Below, piece after piece: positions 54,849 to 63,726 of a stretch of DNA of 64,000 nucleotides; the stretch's first letter is position 1; every line of letters begins with the position of its first letter. The notes under the pieces were generated by a model, which saw only the letters and a program-made list of their open reading frames with translations, searched no databases and had not been told where the DNA came from. A program made the position numbers and the translations under genes. The stretch lies in the NCBI GenBank assembly GCA_002429065.1, contig DIYN01000048.1, positions 21,727-85,726 of the forward strand. The letters are read 5' to 3'. Source of the DNA: Verrucomicrobia bacterium UBA6053 (lineage in GTDB: Bacteria; Verrucomicrobiota; Kiritimatiellia; SS1-B-03-39; UBA6053).

Positions 54849-56369
54849 TCACCTCACGTCAATGGAGACGTCCCGGGTCTCATAATCAAACCGGATCCGG
54901 ACCGCATCTCCAGGGCGTTTGACGGTGACCGTAAACGGATCTCCTCCGGCCACCCCACCTTGTTTCGTCAGATCGGATTGGGAGCCGCCAACGGCAATGG
55001 CGAATGAAAAGCTGCCTGCCAGAGGGAGCACGAAGGTCTGTTCAAACACACCATTCCCGATGTGCAGCAACCGGCTCCAGGGACAAGAGGCATCTCCCGG
55101 AATTCCTCCCGTATAGGTTTGAAGCTCTCCGAGTACCGAAACCGGTTCCGGTACCCGGACCCCGCTTGGTGTCAGCGCCTGAGGGATAGGGGAGGGTTCC
55201 GGTTTCAGGTCCTCTTCCTGCCATATGGCGCTAATGGCCGATTCATCTCCAAATCCTTCCGGGCAGGAGGTGGAGGATGCATTGGCGCGGTAAAACTCGA
55301 CGAACACACCATTCCGTTCAAAAGATGCATGTTCCAGCAGCCGGGTGACGGGAGGCTGGAAATACCATTCTGCTCCGGTATGACGTGTCCAACGGTGGGC
55401 GTAGCGGAGGAATTCCCGTCGCGGCTCATCCTCAAGGCGTGCCAGCCATGAAATTTCATCATATCCCCAGCGTCCGATTTGGGAGAGTTTCACCGGATCC
55501 TCCCATTCGGGTGATCCCGGAGAGAGGCTGTACCCGCACCAGTTGTCCACTTCCACCAGGACCGGCCCGTCTTCGCATTCCCATCCTCCGGGATGCTGAC
55601 CCGAGATCGCGTCCCCGCGTTTCAGGAGTGCGAGCTGGGGACGGTGCTCAATGAGCCCCCGGGCGGACATTGGACGGCTGGTGAAATCAAAAAGAAGGGT
55701 TCCGTCTACAGCCATACCATGCCCGTGAGCATCCAGAAGAACCCAGCCGCGACGGGCATGCGTTGCCGCCAGGGAGCGCAGGATGCTGCAAAGCCGAACC
55801 GCCTGTTTGAATCCCCGGTCAGCTCCGCAGATTAGATGCATCTGCCCCAGATGAATGGCCTCATATCCGGCCTGCAGGTAACGGAGACCCCGGTAGACAA
55901 ACCAGCGCATGGTTTCCGGAGAGGTGAGGTCCGGTACATTTCCTCCGTCCCAGGGTCCACCTGCCACCCCCTGATCGGGCCGAAGGACAGAACCCATCAT
56001 GTCGTCATACCGGAAACGGCGGGTCTCCACCTCTTCCCCGAGTACCTCAAAGACTTCCCGGGGGATCGCGATCTGTTCCACATCGGGATAGACGGCTTCA
56101 AAAATCGCAGCCTGGAGTACGATGTCTTCATCCACCTCGAAATGAACCCGACGGGCCCACTCTGCTGCAAGCTGTAGATGGGCGAGATCGTCGGGTTTGG
56201 TGATCCACACATATGCAGAACGGCCGATGAAACGGGGCCGGATCTGCTTCAGCATGCGGAGATCATCCTCGATGCAGGGCGAGACGGGTCCGTTGGTCAG
56301 AGTGACGGCACGCGAAAGAATGTGGTTGAGGGATTCACGTGAGGTGAGGGTGCCGGGGGTGGAGGACAT
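54849..56369 (-). CDS. hypothetical protein, possibly a glycoside-hydrolase-like barrel with a C-terminal beta-sandwich
   Basis: 506-aa ORF divergent from the GH130 gene. No catalytic motif recognised. The C-terminal ~100 aa looks like an Ig/CBM-type fold. Confidence 0.5.
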   Translation of the reverse strand: MSSTPGTLTSRESLNHILSRAVTLTNGPVSPCIEDDLRMLKQIRPRFIGRSAYVWITKPDDLAHLQLAAEWARRVHFEVDEDIVLQAAIFEAVYPDVEQIAIPREVFEVLGEEVETRRFRYDDMMGSVLRPDQGVAGGPWDGGNVPDLTSPETMRWFVYRGLRYLQAGYEAIHLGQMHLICGADRGFKQAVRLCSILRSLAATHARRGWVLLDAHGHGMAVDGTLLFDFTSRPMSARGLIEHRPQLALLKRGDAISGQHPGGWECEDGPVLVEVDNWCGYSLSPGSPEWEDPVKLSQIGRWGYDEISWLARLEDEPRREFLRYAHRWTRHTGAEWYFQPPVTRLLEHASFERNGVFVEFYRANASSTSCPEGFGDESAISAIWQEEDLKPEPSPIPQALTPSGVRVPEPVSVLGELQTYTGGIPGDASCPWSRLLHIGNGVFEQTFVLPLAGSFSFAIAVGGSQSDLTKQGGVAGGDPFTVTVKRPGDAVRIRFDYETRDVSIDVR

Positions 56370-56462
56370 GAATGGAAGATGGATTCAGATTGACGTGGAA
56401 CAGGGTGGCTGGTTCATGTATTCCGACCAACGCTTCTTCGCAATTCAAACCGAGAAAAAAGC

Positions 56463-57458
56463 ATGAATCTGACCCGCTGCCCTGAAAATCCGATTGTGAC
56501 CGCTGGACACCAACCCTGGCGCAAGGTCGCCAGTTTCAATCCGGGGGTGGTGCTGTCCGGGGATACCTTTTACATGCTCGAGCGGGCGTGTGAGACCCTG
56601 GATCCTCTCAAATGCAATGTGGGGCTCCTTTCCAGTAAAGACGGGATTCATTTTCAGTTGGAGCAGGAGACGCCGGTACTGAAACCTGAGGATTTTGATG
56701 CCCCGGACGGTACGGTGGAGGATCCACGGATTGTGAGCATTGAGGGTACCTTTTACATGACCTTTGTCTTTCGTCGGGTGGTGTCCGGCTGCATCCCCAA
56801 CGGGATTGGGGTTCCCGGATACACCAACCTGCCCGGACAGGGGCTTGACGAAGGGAATCCGTACCGCACGGGTATCGTAAAATCTGAGAATCTGCGCGAC
56901 TGGGAGTTTCTGGGGTTTATCCCGACCGACAGTAACCATGACCGGGACAATGTCCTCTTCCCTGGAAAGATCGGAGGCCGGTATGCGATGCTCCGCCGTC
57001 CCAGTGACTATGTTGGACCCACCTACGGCTGTGATCGCCCCAGTATCTGGATCTCCTTTTCCGAGGATTTGAAGGAATGGACCGACCCGGAACTCGTGGC
57101 CCAGCCCGAGGCGGACTGGGAGTCCCAGAAAATCGGAGCCGGTACCTGTCCGGCCCTGACGGAAAAAGGCTGGCTGATGGTGTATCATGGCGTGGACGAT
57201 GAACACATTTACCGGGCGGGACTGATGCTGTTGGACAAAGAAGATCCCCGCAAGGTGATAGGCCGCACTCAAGACTTCATCATGGAACCGGAGACCTACT
57301 ACGAGAAATTCGGACTGATTATCCCCCGGGTGATCTTTCCGTCCGCTTTTGTCGTCCGGGATGACACGCTCTATGTGTATTATGGTTGTACGGACACCGC
57401 CACCTCCCTGGCCACCGCGCCAATGTCGGACGTGTTTGCGGCGTTAGAGGAAGGATAA
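56463..57458 (+). CDS. GH130 family beta-mannoside phosphorylase/hydrolase
   Basis: FNPGVVLSGDTFYMLERA, EDPRIVSIEGTFYMTF, DRDNVLFPGKIGGRYAMLRRP and GWLMVYHGVD match the five-bladed GH130 pattern. Confidence 0.85.
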   Translation: MNLTRCPENPIVTAGHQPWRKVASFNPGVVLSGDTFYMLERACETLDPLKCNVGLLSSKDGIHFQLEQETPVLKPEDFDAPDGTVEDPRIVSIEGTFYMTFVFRRVVSGCIPNGIGVPGYTNLPGQGLDEGNPYRTGIVKSENLRDWEFLGFIPTDSNHDRDNVLFPGKIGGRYAMLRRPSDYVGPTYGCDRPSIWISFSEDLKEWTDPELVAQPEADWESQKIGAGTCPALTEKGWLMVYHGVDDEHIYRAGLMLLDKEDPRKVIGRTQDFIMEPETYYEKFGLIIPRVIFPSAFVVRDDTLYVYYGCTDTATSLATAPMSDVFAALEEG

Positions 57459-57500
57459 ACCGAAACGGAACCGTTGCCTGTATTACTCTGCATGTGATGC

Positions 57501-58217
57501 TCACAGCCGCCACTTCCTCGACAGCGAGGCTCCGACCTTTCCCACCACCTCGCCGGAGGAGTAGATACTGGCCATCCACTGGTATTGATCCCGTTTTCCG
57601 GATTCGGGGCGATCCGGGTTGAGGGTTCGATCTCGATACCGTTCCACCCGTGTTTTCACAACCAGCAACTGCTTCCTGGCCATGATGGAATCTCCGAAAC
57701 GGAATGCGTTCAGAAAAAGGAGGCTGAGGGGACCGGAGGCGTCTGCGGAGATGCGGATCAGCAGGCGGGTCTGGGCTTCCTCGGGTCTGGTATGGATGTC
57801 GAATACACATCGGACGTTTCCGCCAGGGATGCGTAGACCATTGGCCCACCATGTAAGAGAGCGGTGGGGGGCAACAAATTCCAGTCGCCCGATGGGACTG
57901 ACGTCCCCTACCTTCGGAGGCGGGATCCAGCCGACCAGATGCTGTGCGGATGTTTTTCCTCCGTTGTCGATCCAATCATAACTGTACCAACCAGCCCCAC
58001 GACCCATTTGAGCCATCCATTGCCAGACGAGGTCCGGAGAGGCCTCAATGGAGATCGCCCGGGTCATGCGGATGCGGCGATGGCCTTTGACTCCGAACAA
58101 GTCATCACCGGGAAGAGCTGACTGTTGTTCCTCTTTGGTTGATCCCCACGTACAGCCCCAGCGCGTGAAAAGCACTGCGGCAGAGATCAGAAGGATGCAT
58201 GGGAGGATGAACATCAT
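57501..58217 (-). CDS. membrane-anchored SRPBCC-like protein (hypothetical)
   Basis: N-terminal TM helix (MMFILPCILLISAAVLF). SPDLVWQWMAQMGRGAGWYSYDWIDN resembles SRPBCC/DUF-type ligand-binding proteins. Confidence 0.45.
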   Translation of the reverse strand: MMFILPCILLISAAVLFTRWGCTWGSTKEEQQSALPGDDLFGVKGHRRIRMTRAISIEASPDLVWQWMAQMGRGAGWYSYDWIDNGGKTSAQHLVGWIPPPKVGDVSPIGRLEFVAPHRSLTWWANGLRIPGGNVRCVFDIHTRPEEAQTRLLIRISADASGPLSLLFLNAFRFGDSIMARKQLLVVKTRVERYRDRTLNPDRPESGKRDQYQWMASIYSSGEVVGKVGASLSRKWRL

Positions 58218-58248
58218 ATGAGCAGGTCCTCCCGCCTTGCCTTAAGCG

Positions 58249-58464
58249 TTAGTCTGACAACTCAATGATTCCCAGTGTCCCCATCACGCCGAAGACAAGG
58301 AGAGCGAGGCCAAGCAGGGCATAGAAGATTCTTGCCCCGTTGCGAGTGAGGATTGCCACCATGAGCCTGGCTTTGCGGGCATTCATAAAAAAATCCCAAT
58401 CAAAGATCGCACCCAGCATGGAAAAGGCTCCAATTGCAACAAACAACAAACCAAACGGGCTCAT
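58249..58464 (-). CDS. small two-TM protein, Imm17-like (immunity protein 17 family)
   Basis: 71 aa. GAIFDWDFFMNARKARLMV...GARIFYALLGLALLVFG matches my recollection of the Imm17 pattern (DWDWFMN..KA...G.R.FY...G). Confidence 0.45.
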   Translation of the reverse strand: MSPFGLLFVAIGAFSMLGAIFDWDFFMNARKARLMVAILTRNGARIFYALLGLALLVFGVMGTLGIIELSD

Positions 58465-58578
58465 AGGTTCTTATCTCCTTGATGTCATGACCAGTGCCTT
58501 CGGGGCCATCTCGTTATGCCCTTGCGGCTCTGTTACCCTGTTTGTTCCGGTTGGACCAGCTTAGAATCTCGAACCTTC

Positions 58579-59085
58579 TTAGTTTGGATTCTCTACGTTC
58601 TCCGATGGTCCAAGTGGGCTCGCTCCTGTCCATGTACCCTCCTCGGACCATTGTTTGAGATGGTCCATCCGGGTTTCAAGTGCGGATTGAAGCCGGGGCT
58701 TCAGCACAACAGTATCAATCATCCTGCCGATAACGCCGAATCCGGTTTCCACGGTCATCTCATCCCGGAGCAAGGTGACGTCACCCTCCAGCTTCTGCAA
58801 GGAATACCGGTGATGAAACCGCTTAAACGGCCCGGTCCGGTTGGTTTCATGGTAGCATACAGGTTTTTCACATGCCGTGACCTGCATCGTGAGATGGAAT
58901 CGCAGTCCAAAATACCTGGCGGACCACCGTGTCCATTCATGCATCTCCAATTCCCCCTGCTGCCTCCCGGCAACAGCCCGGGCCTGAATGGCCGGAACGG
59001 CAGCGGCGTGCACCTCCACATTCCGCACCATATCAAATACATGTTCAATGGGCGCTTCGATTTCACGACTGGAAAACAGTTTCAT
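58579..59085 (-). CDS. SRPBCC superfamily protein (cyclase/dehydrase-like)
   Basis: 168 aa. The N-terminus IEAPIEHVFDMVRNVE and the overall length and pattern are typical of the polyketide-cyclase/START-like fold. Confidence 0.65.
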   Translation of the reverse strand: MKLFSSREIEAPIEHVFDMVRNVEVHAAAVPAIQARAVAGRQQGELEMHEWTRWSARYFGLRFHLTMQVTACEKPVCYHETNRTGPFKRFHHRYSLQKLEGDVTLLRDEMTVETGFGVIGRMIDTVVLKPRLQSALETRMDHLKQWSEEGTWTGASPLGPSENVENPN

Positions 59086-59109
59086 TCTGTGGGGATCCTT
59101 TGAAACATC

Positions 59110-59305
59110 GGCCTCCGGCCTGTCGTCATCTCAGGCCAGAGGCCTAAGCTCCATACGAGGTTGCTGTGTGTGGTGAGAATGGGAGGATAGGCCTCCGGCC
59201 TGTCATCATCTCAGGCCAGAGGCCTAAGCTCCATACGAGGTCGCCTTGGGTGGTGAGAATAGGAGGATAGGCCTCCGGCCTGTCATCTTTACAAGCCGGA
59301 GGCCC
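59110..59305. repeat. 80-bp tandem repeat, 2 full copies plus a partial third, each starting with a GC-rich hairpin
   Basis: Copies at 59110-59189 and 59190-59269 differ at about 6 of 80 positions. The third copy begins at 59270 and diverges after 18 nt into a perfect hairpin GGCCTCCGGC-N15-GCCGGAGGCC. Full copies contain GGCCTCCGGCCTG-N9-CAGGCCAGAGGCC. Confidence 0.9.
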
Positions 59306-59309
59306 CATT

Positions 59310-59699
59310 TCAGTTTGCGGGTCCCTGTACCGGGATTGCCGGTGGAACTTTGTGGACCAGAGCCCGACGACGGAACCGGCTGAACACATAGATGTTAAAG
59401 AAATGCATCAGCCCGAGGATCACCATGACCACTCCGAATTTTTCGCTGAAGAGTTCAATGCCTCCCCGCATTCCCTCCCGCATGGTGTCTGTTTTCAGAA
59501 AGAGGGAAATGAACCCAAGGTTAATGAGGTAGAAGCCCACCACCAGCAGATGGTTCACAGATTCTGCCAGTACCTTGTTTCCGTGAAACGCATCCGTAAG
59601 AAAAACCTGGCCGTTTTTATGCAGTGTCCGTGCGACCCAGATGGTCATGCCGATACTCACGGCGGCGTAGGTGACGTAGGTCCATTCAATGACGTTCAT
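59310..59699 (-). CDS. hypothetical integral membrane protein
   Basis: ATG at 59699 (MNVIEWTYVTYAAVSIGMTIW). Four predicted TM helices. No family recognised. Confidence 0.55.
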   Translation of the reverse strand: MNVIEWTYVTYAAVSIGMTIWVARTLHKNGQVFLTDAFHGNKVLAESVNHLLVVGFYLINLGFISLFLKTDTMREGMRGGIELFSEKFGVVMVILGLMHFFNIYVFSRFRRRALVHKVPPAIPVQGPAN

Positions 59700-59739
59700 G
59701 TGACTCTCCTTGTTGGTTGTTGATTTATTAATTACCGAT

Positions 59740-59759
59740 ATTTCTGTATATACAGAAAT
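59740..59759. promoter_or_regulatory. 20-bp perfect palindrome ATTTCTGTATATACAGAAAT (candidate operator)
   Basis: Read directly. It lies about 40 nt upstream of the ATG at 59699 in an AT-rich divergent promoter region. Confidence 0.5.
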
Positions 59760-59931
59760 TAAGGAAATTTGCAAATGGGAAAATGAAATTCATTCATCGG
59801 GTCCGAGGAGAGCGACAGGTTTTTTGCAGACTTTCCTGTCGTAAAAGAGGTCTTTGTTTCGTAGGTTTACGAACGGATTTGAATGCGAGGCCTTTTCAAA
59901 GGGTCATCGGATGCCTCATGGAGAGATACGG

Positions 59932-62900
59932 ATGCGCAATCGAGTACAGATGAGTTGGTTTGGCGTATGGGCATGTTTGTCGATATCAGGACTCCTGTTT
60001 GGTGCGGATCGAAGAGTGGAGATTCAACTCAGGGGCGCGCTGGGATCTCCAGTTAAGGGACAACCTGTTTCCACGCAGGATTTATACATACAGTCGCTGT
60101 ACTCCGGAGATCACCGTTTTGATTGGCTGATGGGGCAGGCTCCGGATTTTAACCGGGCGTTTCACCGCGGCCGGGTTCTCGAGAACCGTCTTGCGTCTCA
60201 GGGTGAGTTGCGACTGGAGATGCAGGTCTTCGGCGATCCCTGGGTGCCCGGTGGCAGGGGCCGGTATCGCTTGAAGCTCACACAGGTGTCTGAAGCGGAA
60301 TGGCGCGGACGTTATTCCGGCACCTTTGAACAGATTCTGGGCCGCGGTACCAAGGCCTACCCTTTGGAGGTTCAGGGGGAAGCGGTTCTGACCTTCACTG
60401 CGCCTGCGGTTCCTTCTCCGGATGGATTCCCGGTATCGCTGACACAGCATCCCCGCATGCTGGTGGCGAATCAGAACGTGGACGCGTTACGCCGAAAATC
60501 CGAGGAGAGCGAAATCGGCCGTGTTCTGCGCAGGCGGATTCTGGAGTCAGAGGACCCCCTGTCCCGCGCCATGGCCAGCCTGCTGACGCAGGATGCAGAG
60601 CTCGCCCGGTCCACCATCCCTGATGTCAGGAGCAAGCTTGCGGACGAATCTCCCGGTGCATTCAACGGATCAGACGGGGCTTACGCCAAACGGGTCGGAG
60701 AGATCGTGAAGATCTATGACCTGTGTTATCCCCACTGGCCGCAGGAGGTACAGCGCGAGGTGAACCGTGAGTTGGCCCGGAAAGCGGAGAAAATGATCTT
60801 CCGGCCGAATACCATCACCCGTAAAACCAACTGGTCACCCAATTCGAATTACTCCGGACATTTTAATGGAGCCGGTGGTATGGCCGGACTCGCCCTTCTG
60901 GGAAAGCCGGGCCCCCGGCCCACCGCCCCGGTAGAACCCTCCGACACCCCCGTGCGTATTCTGCCCCCGTCCAATCCCCGATTTCCTGACGGGATTCCGG
61001 TGGTGGATTTTACGCCCGGGATCATGCCGGATGACTGGTGGGTACTGGGTCCGGTTCCTACGCGGGAGCTGGACGGGATGGAGGCCCCGCCGGCTCTTTT
61101 TGGGGACGGAGTTCCCGGAAAGGTTCCCTCATTCTCCCCTGTTGTCGTATCGGACAAAACATATTCGTTTCAGCAGCCCGGTGACGCCATTTTCTGGACC
61201 CGTGGTGGTGAGGGGCCCGGGCACCGGAACCTGGAACTCATGCGCACCACGGGCAATGCGTATTTTTCCAGTGTGGTGTTTTTCACCACCATCCGGGTGG
61301 AGAAGACCGGGGTCTACCAGTTCAACGAACACAGCGGTGGTGGACACGCCAGCCGTTACTGGATCAGCGGACAGGAACTGCGTCCAGGAGATCTGGTCCG
61401 GCTTGAGCCGGGTGTGCATCCCTTCCGGGTCTCCAGCCGGTTTTTCAAAATCAATCCCTGGGGCAAATCCTGGATGCGCCCGAATTTTCAATCAGTGACC
61501 GAAACACAAATTCAGGATGCCCTGTATGTGAACCGCACCCTGTATGAAATGGAACGGGCCGCGTATGAGGAGGATCTTGCCTACTGGGAAGAGCACGACG
61601 GTGCGTCACCCCGGTTTCGCTGGATCTTTCTCTGCGGAACGCAAAAAGCCACTGAATACCATCGCTATACCTTCGGTGACGGAGGGTTTCAGGTCGAAGG
61701 GGAAATCTATACTGCGGTTGGGGCCGACCTGCCGCTGTTATTCGAAACCTGCTTTGTAAACAGTTTCGGCCATCCTTCGACCGGACGGCCCGATGTGACC
61801 CATGTGGGGCCACGTTATGTCGCCCAGACCCTCTATGCCCCGTCCGGGGTGGAAGCCCAGCAGTCCTTTTCATTGACGGATGGAACTCAGACAGTTCATC
61901 GCTGGCCACTGGCATTTCAGGTGATTCCGGATGAGTGGAAACCCGCCTGCCTTTGGGCCTGGAATCTGGGCATGGGGCTTCCGGATGGCGGTGCCGGCCG
62001 GCCTGCATCCACGTGGAGGCCGGGTGATGCATCTCTCGGAAATATTCTGCAAAAGGGCGGAAGTGCTGTGATGGCCCTGTTGTTTTATCCGTTTGATCTC
62101 GAACCGCAAAACCCGGAGGGACGTATCCCCAGATTCTGGGAGGCCGGGACCAAAGGATTATATGTTTTCCGTAACGGATGGAAGGGACCGAAACAGGATA
62201 TTGTGGCTCAGGCTTTTCTGAAATCCGAGGGGGAAGGGGGATGGCAGAACAAAGATGGAGGCTCCATTCGTCTGTGGGGGCTGGGGCATGCCTGGACGGA
62301 ACGGGGGCTGGGTGTGGGAAAAACCCGTGAGCGCCATGCCGAGACGGTGCTGCTCCTGCCTGGTCTGGATCACAATACCGGGATGCGGGCCCGCAGGGAG
62401 CAGGTTCAGTCTTTCGAGGATGGTTCCGGGCTCGTTCACATGAACATGGATCTCATCTATGCAGGAGCGAAACCTCATCCGGTCAAAAAAGGGCGTAGCC
62501 TGAAACTGGTGGACAACCGGTTTCAGATCAGGCCTGAGCATTTCGTCGACACCGGGGTGACCGGTTCACGTACATTTGCTGCGGACTATTCCGGTAAACA
62601 GGGGGTGGACGCGGTATTTGTCATGCGGGATCAGGTTCAGGGGCATTCTGCAGCAAGCTGGATGTGGCAGTTGCCTGCGTCCTTAAAGCGTGAGCAGGTG
62701 GAGATTCATGAGAATGCCTTTGTGATCCGTCAGCAGGGAGCGGTACTCCGTGCCAGGTTTTATGCGAGTTCCCCCTTTACGGTCCAGTGGTCGGATCTGA
62801 CCCATTCCAAAGTTCCTGCCAAGGATCGGGCGAAGAAAGAAGAAGACTACCGACTGCATGCCTTGAGTGTGAACCTCGAAGCCGGGAAGGAGGGGGTGGA

Positions 62901-63039
62901 TCTGTTGGCCGTCATCACCTTGGATGAAACTGACACCCCGGAGATACCCGTGAACCCGGTTCCAACCGGATGGAACATCACCAGCGGCAGGCAGATCCTG
63001 CTGGGGACCGATCAGGTTCGGATGAACCAGGCTCCGTAA
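59932..63039 (+). CDS. large secreted heparinase II/III-like (alginate-lyase-fold) protein with a PA14-like insert
   Basis: HPRMLVANQNVDALRRKSE and YAKRVGEIVKIYDLCYPHW resemble the N-terminal domain of heparinase II/III-type lyases. The middle region (TTIRVEKTGVYQFNEHSGGG..YWISGQEL) is PA14-like. The start is ambiguous (59854 TTG, 59911, 59932 or 59950 ATG). Confidence 0.55.
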   Translation: MRNRVQMSWFGVWACLSISGLLFGADRRVEIQLRGALGSPVKGQPVSTQDLYIQSLYSGDHRFDWLMGQAPDFNRAFHRGRVLENRLASQGELRLEMQVFGDPWVPGGRGRYRLKLTQVSEAEWRGRYSGTFEQILGRGTKAYPLEVQGEAVLTFTAPAVPSPDGFPVSLTQHPRMLVANQNVDALRRKSEESEIGRVLRRRILESEDPLSRAMASLLTQDAELARSTIPDVRSKLADESPGAFNGSDGAYAKRVGEIVKIYDLCYPHWPQEVQREVNRELARKAEKMIFRPNTITRKTNWSPNSNYSGHFNGAGGMAGLALLGKPGPRPTAPVEPSDTPVRILPPSNPRFPDGIPVVDFTPGIMPDDWWVLGPVPTRELDGMEAPPALFGDGVPGKVPSFSPVVVSDKTYSFQQPGDAIFWTRGGEGPGHRNLELMRTTGNAYFSSVVFFTTIRVEKTGVYQFNEHSGGGHASRYWISGQELRPGDLVRLEPGVHPFRVSSRFFKINPWGKSWMRPNFQSVTETQIQDALYVNRTLYEMERAAYEEDLAYWEEHDGASPRFRWIFLCGTQKATEYHRYTFGDGGFQVEGEIYTAVGADLPLLFETCFVNSFGHPSTGRPDVTHVGPRYVAQTLYAPSGVEAQQSFSLTDGTQTVHRWPLAFQVIPDEWKPACLWAWNLGMGLPDGGAGRPASTWRPGDASLGNILQKGGSAVMALLFYPFDLEPQNPEGRIPRFWEAGTKGLYVFRNGWKGPKQDIVAQAFLKSEGEGGWQNKDGGSIRLWGLGHAWTERGLGVGKTRERHAETVLLLPGLDHNTGMRARREQVQSFEDGSGLVHMNMDLIYAGAKPHPVKKGRSLKLVDNRFQIRPEHFVDTGVTGSRTFAADYSGKQGVDAVFVMRDQVQGHSAASWMWQLPASLKREQVEIHENAFVIRQQGAVLRARFYASSPFTVQWSDLTHSKVPAKDRAKKEEDYRLHALSVNLEAGKEGVDLLAVITLDETDTPEIPVNPVPTGWNITSGRQILLGTDQVRMNQAP

Positions 63040-63096
63040 TGGGTTCATTCCGAATGCCGATTGCTCCGGCTCGACAGGTTCCCCAAGGAGACGGTG

Positions 63097-63726
63097 TTAT
63101 CGTGTGTTCTTCTTCCGGTGGAAGCGTTGAATTTCCGCCTCCGGAACCGGCATGAACGTGTCCAGAAGCTTTTTGAGGTCTTTCGCATCCGCCGTGATCG
63201 ACTCCCAGTTTGCCTGATCATCATAGGTGAAAAAGTAGTTGTGGCATGCCCAGCAGATACTGGTCTCGAAGAGAAGCCTGTCCTCGGCATAAATCCGAAT
63301 TCCATGGATCGGGAAGTGACAGAAGGCCTGTCCGCCCTCTTTGGGGCTTACCAGCAGCCGTTTGACGGCTTCACACCACGTGGGAATGTCTTTGGGAGGC
63401 ACCTGGAAGGTATTCAGGATTTTGGTTTCCGCATGCAGATAGGGCTGGATGCGGAAGACCGCCTCCTCTTCTTTTGCTTTGTACTTCTCGTCTTTTCCCA
63501 TGGAAAAATCGAGAAGGTAGACGTCGATCCGGTTGGCAAACTGGAAGGTCGATGCAACGGCGGCCCGGTAGTCTCGATCTGCTTCGGCCTTTGCATCCCA
63601 GCGCTTCCGACCGGCCTGATCCAGGGTCTGATTGAGGTGCTCTGAGACCACGTTCTGGTCAGAGCCGATGGCATTCAGGGATAAAAACAGGGACAGAAAG
63701 AGGGTCGGCAGAGGGTGTTTCATCAT
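63097..63726 (-). CDS. hypothetical secreted protein
   Basis: ATG-ATG at 63721-63726 (MMKHPLPTLFLSLFLSLNA signal peptide). 209 aa. No recognised motif. Confidence 0.5.
   Translation of the reverse strand: MMKHPLPTLFLSLFLSLNAIGSDQNVVSEHLNQTLDQAGRKRWDAKAEADRDYRAAVASTFQFANRIDVYLLDFSMGKDEKYKAKEEEAVFRIQPYLHAETKILNTFQVPPKDIPTWCEAVKRLLVSPKEGGQAFCHFPIHGIRIYAEDRLLFETSICWACHNYFFTYDDQANWESITADAKDLKKLLDTFMPVPEAEIQRFHRKKNTR

Noticed and set aside
59110-59305. The 80-bp tandem repeat as a CRISPR array.
   Set aside because: The copies are directly adjacent with no unique spacers. The unit is too long, and no cas genes are present.
59740-59759. The palindrome as a canonical LexA SOS box.
   Set aside because: It reads CTGT-N4-ACAG, whereas the E. 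coli-type box is CTGT-N8-ACAG. No DNA-repair genes are adjacent.
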